Below, one piece after another: positions 52,081-64,000 of a DNA stretch of 64,000 nucleotides (positions within the stretch are counted from its first letter, which is position 1; each line of letters opens with the position of its first letter). The position numbers were made by a program, and so were the translations under genes. Below the pieces are notes generated by a model. The model did no database searches, was not told where the DNA came from, and saw only the letters and a list, made by a program, of their open reading frames with translations. This stretch comes from Camelus dromedarius (Eukaryota), in NCBI RefSeq assembly GCF_036321535.1, contig NC_087436.1:90150001-90214000 (forward strand). Reading direction: 5' to 3'.

Positions 52081-53319
52081 ACAGATCACCATTAGTTCGG
52101 TGTTCAGAAATTCATTCCTTGTGTTAAAGTAAGAGAGAGGTTCATTGTAAATTTTAACTAGTTGTGCCATCTGCTTTTAAGAAAAAAAGATGGCAGTTCA
52201 TATACACCCTAATTAACATTCACTAAATCAATAGACAGAAGTCATGAAGTTGGTGTATTTGAAATAAATTCATTTGCATTGATAACTAAGAAAAATACAG
52301 GTAATCCTCCTATAAGAGGTTATGAAATTAATGTACATCAATGTTTACTAGATAATTAGCCTCCGTTCTGTAAACCATAGATGTCACAATTCTCAGATTA
52401 GTGTATCAGAAAAACAAGGATGCTTCTGAATTCCTGCAGTCTATATTTTGATAGATGATTAGACATTGATTGTTACAGGTTTATGTAAGCTATGTGTGAA
52501 CAATATATGTTAATTATTTATTGAGTAAATAGAGAGCCTAATTTTGAGATGCTTGATTCAATTTGATTATAACTCCCCAAATTTTTATCATGCTTTTTAA
52601 AAAAAGTATGCATTCTTGTCTACTCAGTAGAATTCATACTATATTTATGTATATAATATAATAATGTCAGTATTATATTTTATAGTATGCAAAATTTTCT
52701 CAGTACCATTATTAATCCCTCAATAAAATAATTATTTAACTCTCGATACAAGAATAAAATGTTCCATGAAAACACTGAATAGGAAAAAAAGTAATAGAGT
52801 TTAACTCATTCTATATTGATAAAAATCATAAAGGAAGAACTGCAATAGTTATACAAAGAAATAATTTTTATATAGGTAAGACATCTAATAGATAAACAAT
52901 TCAGTCTTATTTAATGTACAGCAATTATTATTCAGTATAATAAAAATAATTGTCTGTATTATTAGAAGCTTTTATATCCTTTTCCTGTGATAAAGGATAG
53001 ACCCTCTAGTTCTTACTGGTCAAGAAAAACAAGTTTATTATACAATTATCAAGCTTTTAATGTTTCACTGGGAACTGGCATAAGGAATGGGTTAAAAAAA
53101 AAAGACTCAACTTTAAGTGTGACTTGCTTAGAAAGCATTCAATTTTATTACACTCCAAAACATATTAATTATTACCACTAACTTCTACCTCATATTAGTT
53201 ATTACCTCTTACTTTTACCTCAGTGTGTGCAAAAACAGTAATTTTAGATAAAATTTTAGATTATTGGAATTTCAGTGGAATAGAATTAAATAAAATTGAA
53301 CTGTTCATTTAATGAGCTT

Positions 53320-53560
53320 AAGTAGTGTAACATAGTAGTGAACAACACAGATTTGTAAGTAAGATGCATGTTCATTCAATGCCTGGATCTGACCAATTCC
53401 ATGTGTGTGACCTTAGGAAAATCAAATACACCCTCTAAATTTTAGTTTTCTAAGAATGAACAGGAAAAAAAAATAGATATCTTTCAGAGGACAGTTTGAG
53501 TATTGAAAAAGATAAGGATAAATGCTAAGCATATGGTCTGGGACAAAACTAAAAAAAATT
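53320..53560 (+). mobile_element. MIR SINE
   Basis: tgtgtgtgaccttaggaaaatc...ctctaaattttagttttc...taaatgctaagcatatggtctgggaca. Confidence 0.6.
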
Positions 53561-53769
53561 AGCTTTAAGACAGCAAGAAAAGCAATTGATAACACACCCG
53601 AGCCATAAGAAGTTTAGTATGACACTTTTTTTTTTAACCTACCTAGTTTTTCTCTTAGTTTGAAAAGGTTTGACATTTATGACAATATTATAATATTTAT
53701 TTAATAGATAAGAATATATAAAATAGATTTATTACATACACATCAATAAAATCAAGAGTCAATTCACAA

Positions 53770-54110
53770 AGTAGTAAAGTCCTCATAATCCAAAATGGTT
53801 ATAAATCAGTGAGTCCAGCGTCCATGAATACGCTTGTTAATTAAGTTCTTATATCTCTCACACACAGATGTCCAAGTTTTCAAGAATCAGAACATACCAA
53901 AATGCTCATAAAACAAGATCTCTTCTAAAGATAATGTTTCTTTGCTTCAGAAACTATTTCAATTTTTCATATTAGCTAAAGGAAAGATGTAATTAAGTGC
54001 CATTGACAACTGACAGGAATTCAATCGTTAATTTGTAATGTTAAGTCAGGAAATGCTAGATCAGAAAGAAATCTGGTAACTAAATGTTATGAACAGAGAT
54101 TTTACTGTAT
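53770..54110. mobile_element. Possible old Tigger-like MITE
   Basis: tagtaaagtcctc at the left and gagattttactgta at the right resemble CAGTAAA-type terminal inverted repeats with a TA target. Confidence 0.4.
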
Positions 54111-56149
54111 TTAATTTCTATCATTAGGATTTATCATCCTGTAGAATTTTTATGAGTTACGTGATTTTTGCATGCATGGCCATATATATGCTTCTAAGTA
54201 GACTATAGGCAAATACAGAAATATATCTATAGCGTCCTGATTTCAAGTGAGTAATAATCAATATAAACTACACAAAATGATGAATAAAACAATAGGAGAT
54301 AGATGAATTTTTGCTGAACATAAACTTACAGAAAATATGATCTTTAAGAGTTTAATAAAACCTTGAAATACTTCTATATTTCACTAATGCTGTCATGCCT
54401 AACTTCACATTTGAATAATGTCCCATTAATACAACGCCTTATCGACTTACCAAATTACTTATACTTTGTTCTTTCGGACAGCGGACTAGGTAGTTATAGG
54501 TACTAATGATATTATTCAAGGCCAGTGGGAAAGTGAAAATTTTATAATGAGGTTATCTCAGGGCAAGGTAAGAGAGTAAAATCATTTTTACGTTGGTAAT
54601 TTATATGCATTAAATTCTAGATTACTAAGGCACTCTGATCAAGTCTTGGTTGAGCAGTGTTAGAACTGGGTCAAAGGAATTTGAAAATTATGTTTACAAG
54701 TTAAGAATCAAGGAACCATTTAAAATAGCCATCTTCCTGGAGCATATTTCTCAGAAGTGTTCCAAGCGGACGAGTAAATGAAGGCATGTGATCATATGTA
54801 GGCATCTCTGAGGCTATACTGAGAGACACAGCACCTGCAGAGAGTCCACCAGGCCTTCTGCGTATGCTTGTGACTTTTTTAAGAAGTATACTGTTTGCAA
54901 TTTTATTGTTGGTTAAAAATATTGCTTGTTTGGATTAGGTCTTCTAAACTAGAATATGTTCAGTATTATTGGAAGTTTAAGACATTTGGATTTAAATGAT
55001 CATGTACAAGTCTAATTTGCAGGAAATCATTGATTACCATTTAAGTTGATAGTTTTTTTTTTTTTTTAATCCTGAACATTCAAACAACAAACAGTTAATG
55101 AGCGATTAGGTGCTGTGATATGGATTGGATGAGTAGGCAGTTTAACATGGTGTTGTAGGAGATTAACACATGTGGTTCAAAATATTTATCCTAATTTTGG
55201 CTATGTTTGCGTATACAGTCTATTTATTCACAATTCATAGAAAATGAACACATACTGTTATCCCAAGTAAAGGATACCATTTTTACTTATGCTGCTTTTT
55301 GTCTAAGTCATTTTTAACCTTGCTTTCAACATTTACAGTATCATCTATATGTAAATATGAATGTCTTGGATTTCATTAAAACGTGTATTTTAATTTCACC
55401 ATGGGTTTCAGACACCCCAAGTGTGTTTCTTTATTACTGTATATAACTAATAAAACAGTAACTTTAGTGGCTAATATTCATAATGGAAACATGAAAAAAG
55501 CAAGGAAAATATTGATTCATGAGTACTAATTTTTCTTCTCAGCCGAAGAAATTATATGATGGAATTGATACAAAGTAATCCATATATAGTTAAATAAAAT
55601 ATGTATTGACTAAGATACTGCTAATAGAACACCCAGAATCTGGTACAGGAAGGAATTTGAAAAGTCTTCAGAGCAATATTTAGAAATAGAGATTAACTGA
55701 AGATTGGAAATCATACCCAGTTAAAACCTTTACTACTCTCTTGTTATTTCTCACTTATTTTCCTGATTTTGGATGGTTCTCTCTCAGGAAGATCTAGACT
55801 CAATAAAACTTGAAAATAAATGTGAAATTTATTCACTTTGAAATATACATTCATTTTGCATTAAGTATTGTCAAACACTATTTTGGACTCTGGGAACACT
55901 AAGGTGAAAATGCGATTTTTGTTTCCACAGGGCCTTAATAAATAGACAATCTTTACATAGTTCAGTAAGTTCTAGGATTGGTGATTTTGAATTATACTGT
56001 TGAAGTATGGAAAAGGGAGCCCACCAATGATTAGAGTCAGAGACTCCTGTGGGATGAATAGAAGTTAGCCTGATAAAGAAATTAAGAGGAATGAGAGGGA
56101 GAGTTTGACTCAGAGGAAACAGGATCAACAAAAATACAGAAACAGATAC

Positions 56150-56571
56150 TGTCATATTCCCTTCTGATGCCCTCCTCAGGACTAACCCACCCACAGCCAC
56201 CTCGTTCCTGCTGAGAATTATCTACTGTTAAAGTCTCAAATCTATATCCCTCACTGGGAATTTCTATCCCCCCTTCAGAACTGCCTTGCCTAAAGCTATA
56301 TGCCCATAGCCAATTATGGGTCAATGTGGCACTACATATGTCCAACTTCCTTGCTCCAGTTTGAGGGATATCTAAAGAGACAACCTAGCTCCAGAGCTTA
56401 CCATATGCTTGTCTGAGCCCTCAGCTGCAAACACACTGTTTGTCACTTTATCCCTCTCCCCAGATTTTACTGGCCTCACCACACAGGTGTTTCCTCCTAG
56501 AACAGTCCCCATAACTACTGGCATGCAACTTTCCATGTCAGTGTCTTTTTCCAAAGTACCCAATCTAAGAT
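56150..56571 (+). mobile_element. ERVL solo LTR (LTR16/LTR33-like)
   Basis: tgtc...cctcctcaggact, gctccagagct, and a terminal gcatgcaactttccatgtcagtgtc...acccaatctaagatg. Confidence 0.7.
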
Positions 56572-56574
56572 GAA

Positions 56575-57080
56575 TATAGAAGAGGAAGGTAACATAGTAT
56601 CCTTGAGAAACTGAAACATAACTAATATGGCTGTGCACTGGACAGCAGGGAAAGGCAAAACTGAGACTGGATAAATAAGTATGAGTAGACTGTGTTTGGG
56701 AAATCTTGTTGAAAACTTGTCACAAAAGCAAGAGGACGTGATTGATAAGTTTTTAATAGAGAGATGATCCACTCACATTGCAATTTTATAAGATCACTCT
56801 GGCTGCTAACTAGATAACAGATTAGAAGAGGACAAGGGGTAAATGCAGAGGGATCAATTAGGAAGTTGCAGAAGTATTCACTGTGAGAAGTGATGTTTGA
56901 ACTAGTGTGGGAAGGGTAGGGTAAGAGATAACTGGATGGATTTGAGATATATTTTGGAGTTAGAATAGACTGGAATTAATTATTGAATGTGTAGGAAGAC
57001 TAAATGTAGTTTCAAATGAAGCTCGTATTTGTGGAGTTGTGGTTAAATGGTGATGTCATTTATGGAAATAGAGAAGGAGG
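56575..57080 (-). mobile_element. L2 fragment
   Basis: aagatcactctggctgc, ggatggatttgagatatattttggagttagaatagac, atggtgatgtcattta. Confidence 0.75.
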
Positions 57081-57364
57081 AACCTCTGTTATTGTTGTAA
57101 CTAAATTTCATTTCCCTAAATCTAATATATCATGTATATAATATATATTATGTATATTATATATAATACACACATACACGCAATACTTTGTGAAAAAATA
57201 AGGGCTTCGGTATCCCTAAAATACGAATTCTAAGTGATAGGTTTGGGCATAAAAGCTTAGAAAGAAGGTAGAGAAGGGTAATAAAGGGATAACCAACTTG
57301 AAATTCCTTAGAGGGGATTTTGGGAAGTGGATAAAAAGAAGCCAGACTGCCTAGTGAATCAGAA

Positions 57365-57825
57365 GGATGTTGTCTCACTTGTAGATAACAGAGATTGAAT
57401 TAGATTGGCTTAAAAATGCTTTTTCTTATATAACAGGGAATCTGAAGGATTTAACTTGTTGCGGCTATCAGTTTTACAATACCCCTGGCCTTGCCGTACG
57501 ATTACTGACTTGTTGCTGGATGACTCTTGCAGCACCAGACATTATATTTGAGTTCAAAGATAATGTATGGAGAAAGCACAGGAACTACTCCTGCTATTTC
57601 TATCCTTTTATTTTATTATCATTAATTTTCAATCAAGAAGACAAATGGTTTTTTCCACACAATTCCTCCTACATCCTCTTACCAAGAATTACATTATGCG
57701 ACTACCTCTAATTGTGAAAGAACAAATGCTTAGCTTTCCCATCCTCAATGACTGAGGCTGATAAGGAGAGAAGGAGGCTGGGAATAAGATGCATTGAGTC
57801 AACCATCCTACAATATCTGCCATAG
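57365..57825 (-). mobile_element. Old MLT1 LTR (J/K-like)
   Basis: ttgtagataacagaga...ttggcttaaaaa...gcagcaccagacattatatttgagttc...caatatctgccata. Confidence 0.6.
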
Positions 57826-58399
57826 TTCACCTTTTGTATTCTTAACCTCCAAATATACTCTCTTCCATGTATATCCTTTATATTAAAATCTTTTGCCTAG
57901 ATACAGGCAAGTGACTTTATCAGACTTGAGGTCCAGAATCAGTGTTTAGCAATCTAAAAACTAAAGCAATTTATTTGTCTAGGACACCTAATATAAAAAA
58001 AAAAAAATACAGAGAGAGAATGCTGAATCCTTAAGTGATTTTTTACCGAAAGATCTTTCCCTTACTTTGGCAAAAAAATGTGCAAAGCCCTGTGTCTTAT
58101 CTGAACTCCTGATAAAGCTGATCCTCTAATATTAGCTTCAGCTTGAGTTACAGAATAGGATGAATTTTGAGACTTTAAATCCAATAGTATGGGACTCTTA
58201 CTCAATTTAGATTGCTAAAGACAGAGTGCTTTTCCTTATTAAAATCATATTGTGTGTGAACTCTGCTTTCAGGCTAGCCATTCCTTTCTTAGCTGGAAAT
58301 AACCAGCACACTTTAACATTCTATTTTTCTATAATTGTCACTGATTACAGAGTGTTGTTCTATACATGGCTTGGACTCAAGGCTGCAGTACACCATACT

Positions 58400-58770
58400 T
58401 TGATCAAATACTGTACCCCATAATAAAAGTCACCAACATTTTGCGCTAATGGGTTGGATATTCCTTAACCAAAACTCTATTTCCTCTACTTAATCTGTTA
58501 TATGCAACATTTTGTTGTTGACATTGCAAACTGTTTTGCACATTTCTAGTTAGATTTATTTATAGGTACTTAACTATTTTGGTTTCTATGTTCTTAGAAT
58601 CTTTTTTTTTTTTCTATTTCTATTCTCTATTTGGTTACTGTTTATACGTAGAAAAATAGTGATGTTTAATTTTCATCTTATAATTGGCTTTCTTGTTCAT
58701 TTTGTTGAAATTCATTGTTGATTTCATAGTATGGTTGTTGGTTCTTTTGAATATTCCATACTAAATATTT
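58400..58770 (-). mobile_element. Very old L1 ORF2 fragment
   Basis: ttgcacatttctagttagatttatttataggtactt...attggttactgtttatacgtagaaaa. Confidence 0.5.
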
Positions 58771-59177
58771 CTTACTAAAATCACTTGTGAAATATTAGTT
58801 TTCTAAGAAAAGTATACATTTACCTATAACTTTAAATACTTTCCTGCTAGAAATTTATTTTAGCTGATTTAGCATTTCTCTGGCAGGTTTTTTTTTTTTT
58901 TTCCATTCACCTGGTAATTGTTTTTTTCTTTGAATTCTTCATCTGTCATTTTGGCTTATATTGAGCTCTATTTTATTTTTCAATTACAATCTCACAGTAT
59001 TTCCTTTTAGTAGCTGAATTCATCTTTTCCCCAATTATTGACAGTACTAATAGTTTTTAATTTAGTTTCTGTTTTCTATTTTTTTTAATTTCACATTGTT
59101 TTTCTCTGTATGAATTTTGTTCAAATCATATAGCTTTAAGAAATTTGTTTTCCCTGCATTATACTAAAAAACATGAA

Positions 59178-60030
59178 CTATTTCATCACTTTTAAGACAT
59201 ATTTAAACATCTCTGAAATTGAAATGTGTCTATTCATTGATGGCATTTTTATAATTACTGGCAGACAAATGGAAGTCGTGACAGAGTTGTCCTTACCTTT
59301 TCATGCATGAGCATTGTCATACAATTTCATTTTATCATCATATTAATTAGATAATGTCTATCATTGGTACCACATATGTGATATTCAGTTGTCTTTCAAA
59401 ATATCTACAAAGTAATATAATCCACTTTTGAGATGTAAATTTATTTTGGAAATTAACATGGAAACAGTGAAGGGAAATTAATCTGATATCAGTGAAACAA
59501 GTATCTGCCACTGGAGCTATAAAAGTGATTTCTTATTGTCTTGATTTTATGGGACCTACAAAGGAAGAAACCTGGAAGCAGATTAAGTTGCATTATGCTT
59601 TGTTACTGAGATATCTAAAAAGGACTATTTATCAAATTCCAAAAAAGAAAGTACCAACATCAAAACTTGTATGATGACTGTCAAAAACTTAGAAGGAAAT
59701 ACTGGAGAAAATACAGCAACACCAGTCCTTATGCTAGCAGAGAGTATGATGTTATATGAAAAAAAATAGGGGAGGGGAACTTCGATGGTTACAATCTTAA
59801 AAGTTAATTGAAAGATTTGGGGTTTGAATGTGAAAATGTTTTAAGACAAAAAGTTTTATTATTATATTTTTCTTTTTATGATTGTATAATATAATATATA
59901 GATCTAAATAATTCTTAAATATAATCATTCTAAAATATAAGAATATGTTATGCTATTAATGCCTTGTTTTCTTTCCTAATCAAACACAAAATATGGTGCA
60001 TCTTAAAATTAATGACATAGCTTTGATAAG
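59178..60030 (+). mobile_element. TcMar-Tc2 (Kanga/MER104-family) internally deleted DNA transposon
   Basis: Left end tatttcatcacttttaagac...taaacatctctgaaattg and right end atggtgcatcttaaaattaatgac resemble MER104/Kanga ends. The interior contains decayed pogo-like transposase pieces (GPTKEE.., KKKVPTSKL). Confidence 0.6.
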
Positions 60031-61159
60031 TTTCTCTTTGAATGATCATCTTTACATTTTTATCATACCTTTATATATTTTTCTAACAAATTGCTGGGTT
60101 AATCATATAAGTAATGTGTGAATATAGAAACATAGACAAGAAATGACTATTTGATGAATTTTACTCACATATTTTAAGTTAGAATTATATAAGTTTAGGA
60201 ACATTAAAATAAATTTTATAATTGTATAGAAGTAGTCATGCATTGTAAATTTTATTTTGTTAAAACAATTCCCCTCATTTTTTGCTATAAATAAGTTTGT
60301 AGAATCGAGGAGCAGCTGTAGATAGAGAGGCTTATTGTGATCCATTTATTCAGAAAACTTTTGCACATGAGATGAGTGACAAAATCTTTTTTGTAGTTTT
60401 CAACTGTTGTTTCCCAAAGAGGTGGATTATTTCCTATAGTTAATATACTACCTGTCCCCGAAGCAAGTTATGTTGTCTGACTTGAGGGATAGGTACCCTG
60501 ATTTAAGAGATCAGTATCATCTAATGAACAATAATTCTGTTTTTCAAATAAAATTCTTTAAAGTCCCTGCCTTTTTTTGCAACCAAGAATCAATGTGACG
60601 AAAGGTCCCAGCTAGGGAAAATTATATTAGTTCTTGATATACATTCTTGGTTCTCCTCTAACCTCAGAATTATTAACAGTTTTCTTCATCCATATTTTGT
60701 CAAACATTTATGAGATATATAACAAATGGTTTGCCACTACTTGATTCAAGTACAAGTGGATTTGGATTTATGCGTTAAATTTTTAATACACTATAAAATT
60801 AATTCAGTATTATTCTTAATATAATGCTTTCTCACTTATATTTCAACTCTAAGGTCACAGCACTTCCCAAAGCTGCATATTCTGTGAGAGTAAGAACCTT
60901 TTTATTACGTGGATTCACAACTTCTAGAACTCTTACTCTCAGTTTGGAACAACACATATTAGAGTTACAGTGCAAGGACCAGATAAAACTTGAATAGATT
61001 TTCCATTTCAGGATTCAATAAAGCCTTCCCACACAACAGGGTTCTACAGTGGAATCAAATATCCCCCAAGGGTAGAAATTCTTGAATATACTTGCTACTC
61101 CAGTTGTTGGGAAATGGAAGTAACAGAGGAGCAAGGCCTTGAGGAAAATCCCTGCAAAT

Positions 61160-61395
61160 GTTATGACCCTCCCATTTGTTCGTGGCCCGCTGGGGGCTGT
61201 GGGTCTTAACTACACTGCCGTGTGCTCCTCCTCCCCTCTTGTGGTAGTTCCTTCTTTATATCTTTAATTGCACAAAACTTCCCTGCTAGTTTGAGGTCAT
61301 TCTCATTGATAGTTGCTCTGTAAATAGTTGTAATTTTGCGTGCCCCAGGGAGAAGGTGAGCTGAGGACCTTTCTACTCCACCTTCTTTTAAGTTG
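61160..61395 (-). mobile_element. Isolated L1 5'UTR start (Laurasiatherian type)
   Basis: Minus strand reads ggagtagaaaggtcctcagctcacc...aaaattacaactatttacagagcaactatcaatgagaatgacc...taaagatataaagaagga. Confidence 0.65.
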
Positions 61396-63891
61396 ATCTT
61401 TGATCTGCTCATGTCATTTCTGAAGAAATTTCCTTGGGAGTTTTCGACCATTTTCATCGAGGCTGGATCACCACAAATAATTTATTACACATTTTTTACA
61501 CAAAGGTCTCATCATTTCTGTCATTTCTTTAAAGCGAATTGTGAATTAAAGCTCAAATTTCTCAGAGAAAATAACCTCTTAGATGATTTTCTTTTTGTGT
61601 CATTGAAACTGCCTGAAAGTTCACTGAGTATTTCTTGAAACAATGGTTGTTTACCCCCATTTTTTGATAGTTGAAATCTAAATTATTCTTTAGAAATTAA
61701 AGAGTAAACATGTAAAATATAAACTATGACACAGACAAAATTCAGTAAGCCAAATTATTCCTTTCTGCCATGAATTGGGTGCCAAAAGGGTGTTGAAGAA
61801 GGTGTATGCATTTATAAATGGTCAATCTTTCCTCTTCATGGAACATTAAACTCAACATACATCCATATTTATGGAAGCTGAAATTAAAAAAATGAATCAT
61901 GGTAGGAATGGGCTAACTACTACTAGATAGAAATGCAATCATGATTCTATCACTGTAGCTCTGCACTTTGAAATATCCTATAAAATTTAAATGGTGGCTG
62001 TCATTTACACAAATGCATTTGTATCCATTTTTAATTGTCAGACAACAAAAGCACAACTAGAGAGGTTATATAAGTACACTCATTTAGGAAGAATGCACAG
62101 AGCAAAAGCATTTGAGCTCTTGATAAGGCAGTCTGTGCCATGGTCATCTTTCAGTCTCCAGCAATGGGCAAAGTGTCTGTCTGACAGAGTGATTTCTTAA
62201 AGTGATTTTGTTCTTCTGTAGTATGATAATAACAAATGCATAGAAGAATGCCCAACTAATGCATATATGGATAAATAATAAATACAGTATCCTCCTTCCC
62301 AGTATATCAAGTGAGATTCAAAGCACTTTTGCTCCAAGATATTCCATGTTGCCAACTCTATATCTAATTACATATTTTATATCACTTTGAAAAATATTGA
62401 CCTGTTTCCTATTGTATTTTGAAAACAAGAAATAAGAAGATATTTAAATTTTAATGCTACATCATATTTGAATACATTTTGAAATCACTCTCAGACTTAT
62501 CAAGACTGTGTCTATTTTCTTTAATAAGTTTCTAGTCTTCGCTTATGTTAAAAGCTGAAAAAAATCTGTGAAGCAAAACTGGCTTTCTCTTCAGCATTTG
62601 CTGAATTATTTACATAATAGTATTCTAAACTAAGCCTTTAGAAAACAAGCAGTAAGAAAGCATACAAGATTTGTTTGGGATAATTTTAAGATTAAATCAA
62701 AATTTAAAAGCAATATTGAAAAATGAAAAATAAATAGTACTTAGTGATACCAGTTCTATGGATTTTTACTAAACTTCACTTAAAACTTTTTTTCTGAGGC
62801 ACATACTAATTATGTTTCTTTTCTCTCATATCTATGCTGTAGAATATTTTTGGGATATTGACCACCTTGTTTTAAGGTGAATATTCTCTTTTATTTTCAA
62901 AATTTCTTATGCTGTTGCTTGTAAAGAATTACATTTTGGTTATATTAATAAGAATACAATTAGTTATAATTACAAGATTAATTAGTGATTATATTACTAC
63001 CAAATATTTTGAAATAAATATCCATATTATACTTATTAAAGTTACTAAAGAGTAAAGAAACTAATTCTAAATATTATGTAATAAACAAAAAAAAAAAACA
63101 AATAAATATTGTATTTCCAAACACTTTGTGAAATTTATTAGTGTCAGTAATCAGGTTATCCTTTGATTATAATGGTCATATAAAATGAACTTGGCATTGA
63201 AATAAGTTTTATTCATGAGGAAAGGGATGATTTCAAGTATGAGGTTCCTCCTGGTTATATACTATATGGAGCATTTCTGATACTTCTCTTTGATACAAGA
63301 AAAAGCATTTCACTGGTGTTATTTAATACTCATCCATTTTAGAATATAGCTACATAATTGTACATCATTTAGTAAATATCACCAAACGTTTAGTCTCCAG
63401 AAAATAAGGGCAATACATTGAGGAAATATGTACTAGAATTTTTTTTTACTTTTTTCTCCCCAATTTTTAATTAATTAATAAATTCATTGATGTATACTTG
63501 GTTTACAATGCTGTATTAGTTTCTGGTGTATTTTTTCTAAAAATATCTGTGTTTTTGATATAATTTTATTACTTTTTTCTTTAAAAAAGTATCTCCCTCT
63601 GATCCAAAGTGAATTCCTTTATCATGTCTTGATTTTATGCCATCTTATATCTATTTTAATGAGTTATCTCCATCTTATTGGATCTTCCTTTTTCATAACC
63701 TATTTCCTTTCTGCTAAATGCCAAAATTCTAAAAATAATTAGAATTAAATAAAGGAAAGAAAATATTATTTATTTCCTATTATTCCTGAGCTAGTATTTA
63801 AACATTTTTGTTTCTTCAATTGATAAAGCCCTCATGATACTTACATATCCTCATTAATTTCATTTCTTTGTTTAAAATTCTTTCACAACTG

Positions 63892-64000
63892 TTTTTTTTT
63901 TTTTATTGAGGTGTAGTCAGTTTACAATGTTGTGTCAATTTCTGGGGTACAGCACAATGCTTCAGTCATACATGAATATCCATATATTCATTTTTATATT
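63892..64000 (-). mobile_element. Young L1 3' end (camelid/artiodactyl type), runs off the window
   Basis: Poly-T followed by attgaggtgtagtcagtttacaatgttgtgtcaatttctggggtacagcac. Confidence 0.85.

Overview
This is AT-rich, CpG-depleted mammalian non-coding DNA (gene desert or large intron). It is most likely from a camelid: it carries a dimeric tRNA-derived SINE of the camelid Vic-1 type and artiodactyl-type L1 3' ends, and I saw no Alu, Bov-tA/Bov-A2, PRE-1 or SINEC. I found no supportable protein-coding exon, functional RNA gene or CRISPR array; the listed ORFs are chance ORFs or decayed L1/L2/LTR/transposase remnants. Much of the window is transposon fossil: L1 fragments of several ages, L2, MIR, MaLR (MLT1) and ERVL LTRs, three younger ERV LTRs, and hAT, Tc2 and Tigger-like DNA elements. 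Family names come from recalled consensus sequences and boundaries are approximate unless termini are quoted, so RepeatMasker/Dfam confirmation is needed. I did not find a new biological system. The most notable structures are: (1) an ERV LTR followed by a primer-binding-site stub and a second LTR terminus inside a target-site duplication (atypical proviral deletion); (2) an L1 with a twin-priming 5' inversion that also carries a templated insertion copied from an L2 about 1 kb away; (3) a near-perfect 4x35-bp minisatellite; (4) an L1 with ORF1 joined directly to 3'UTR; (5) several motif-dense, repeat-free candidate enhancers.
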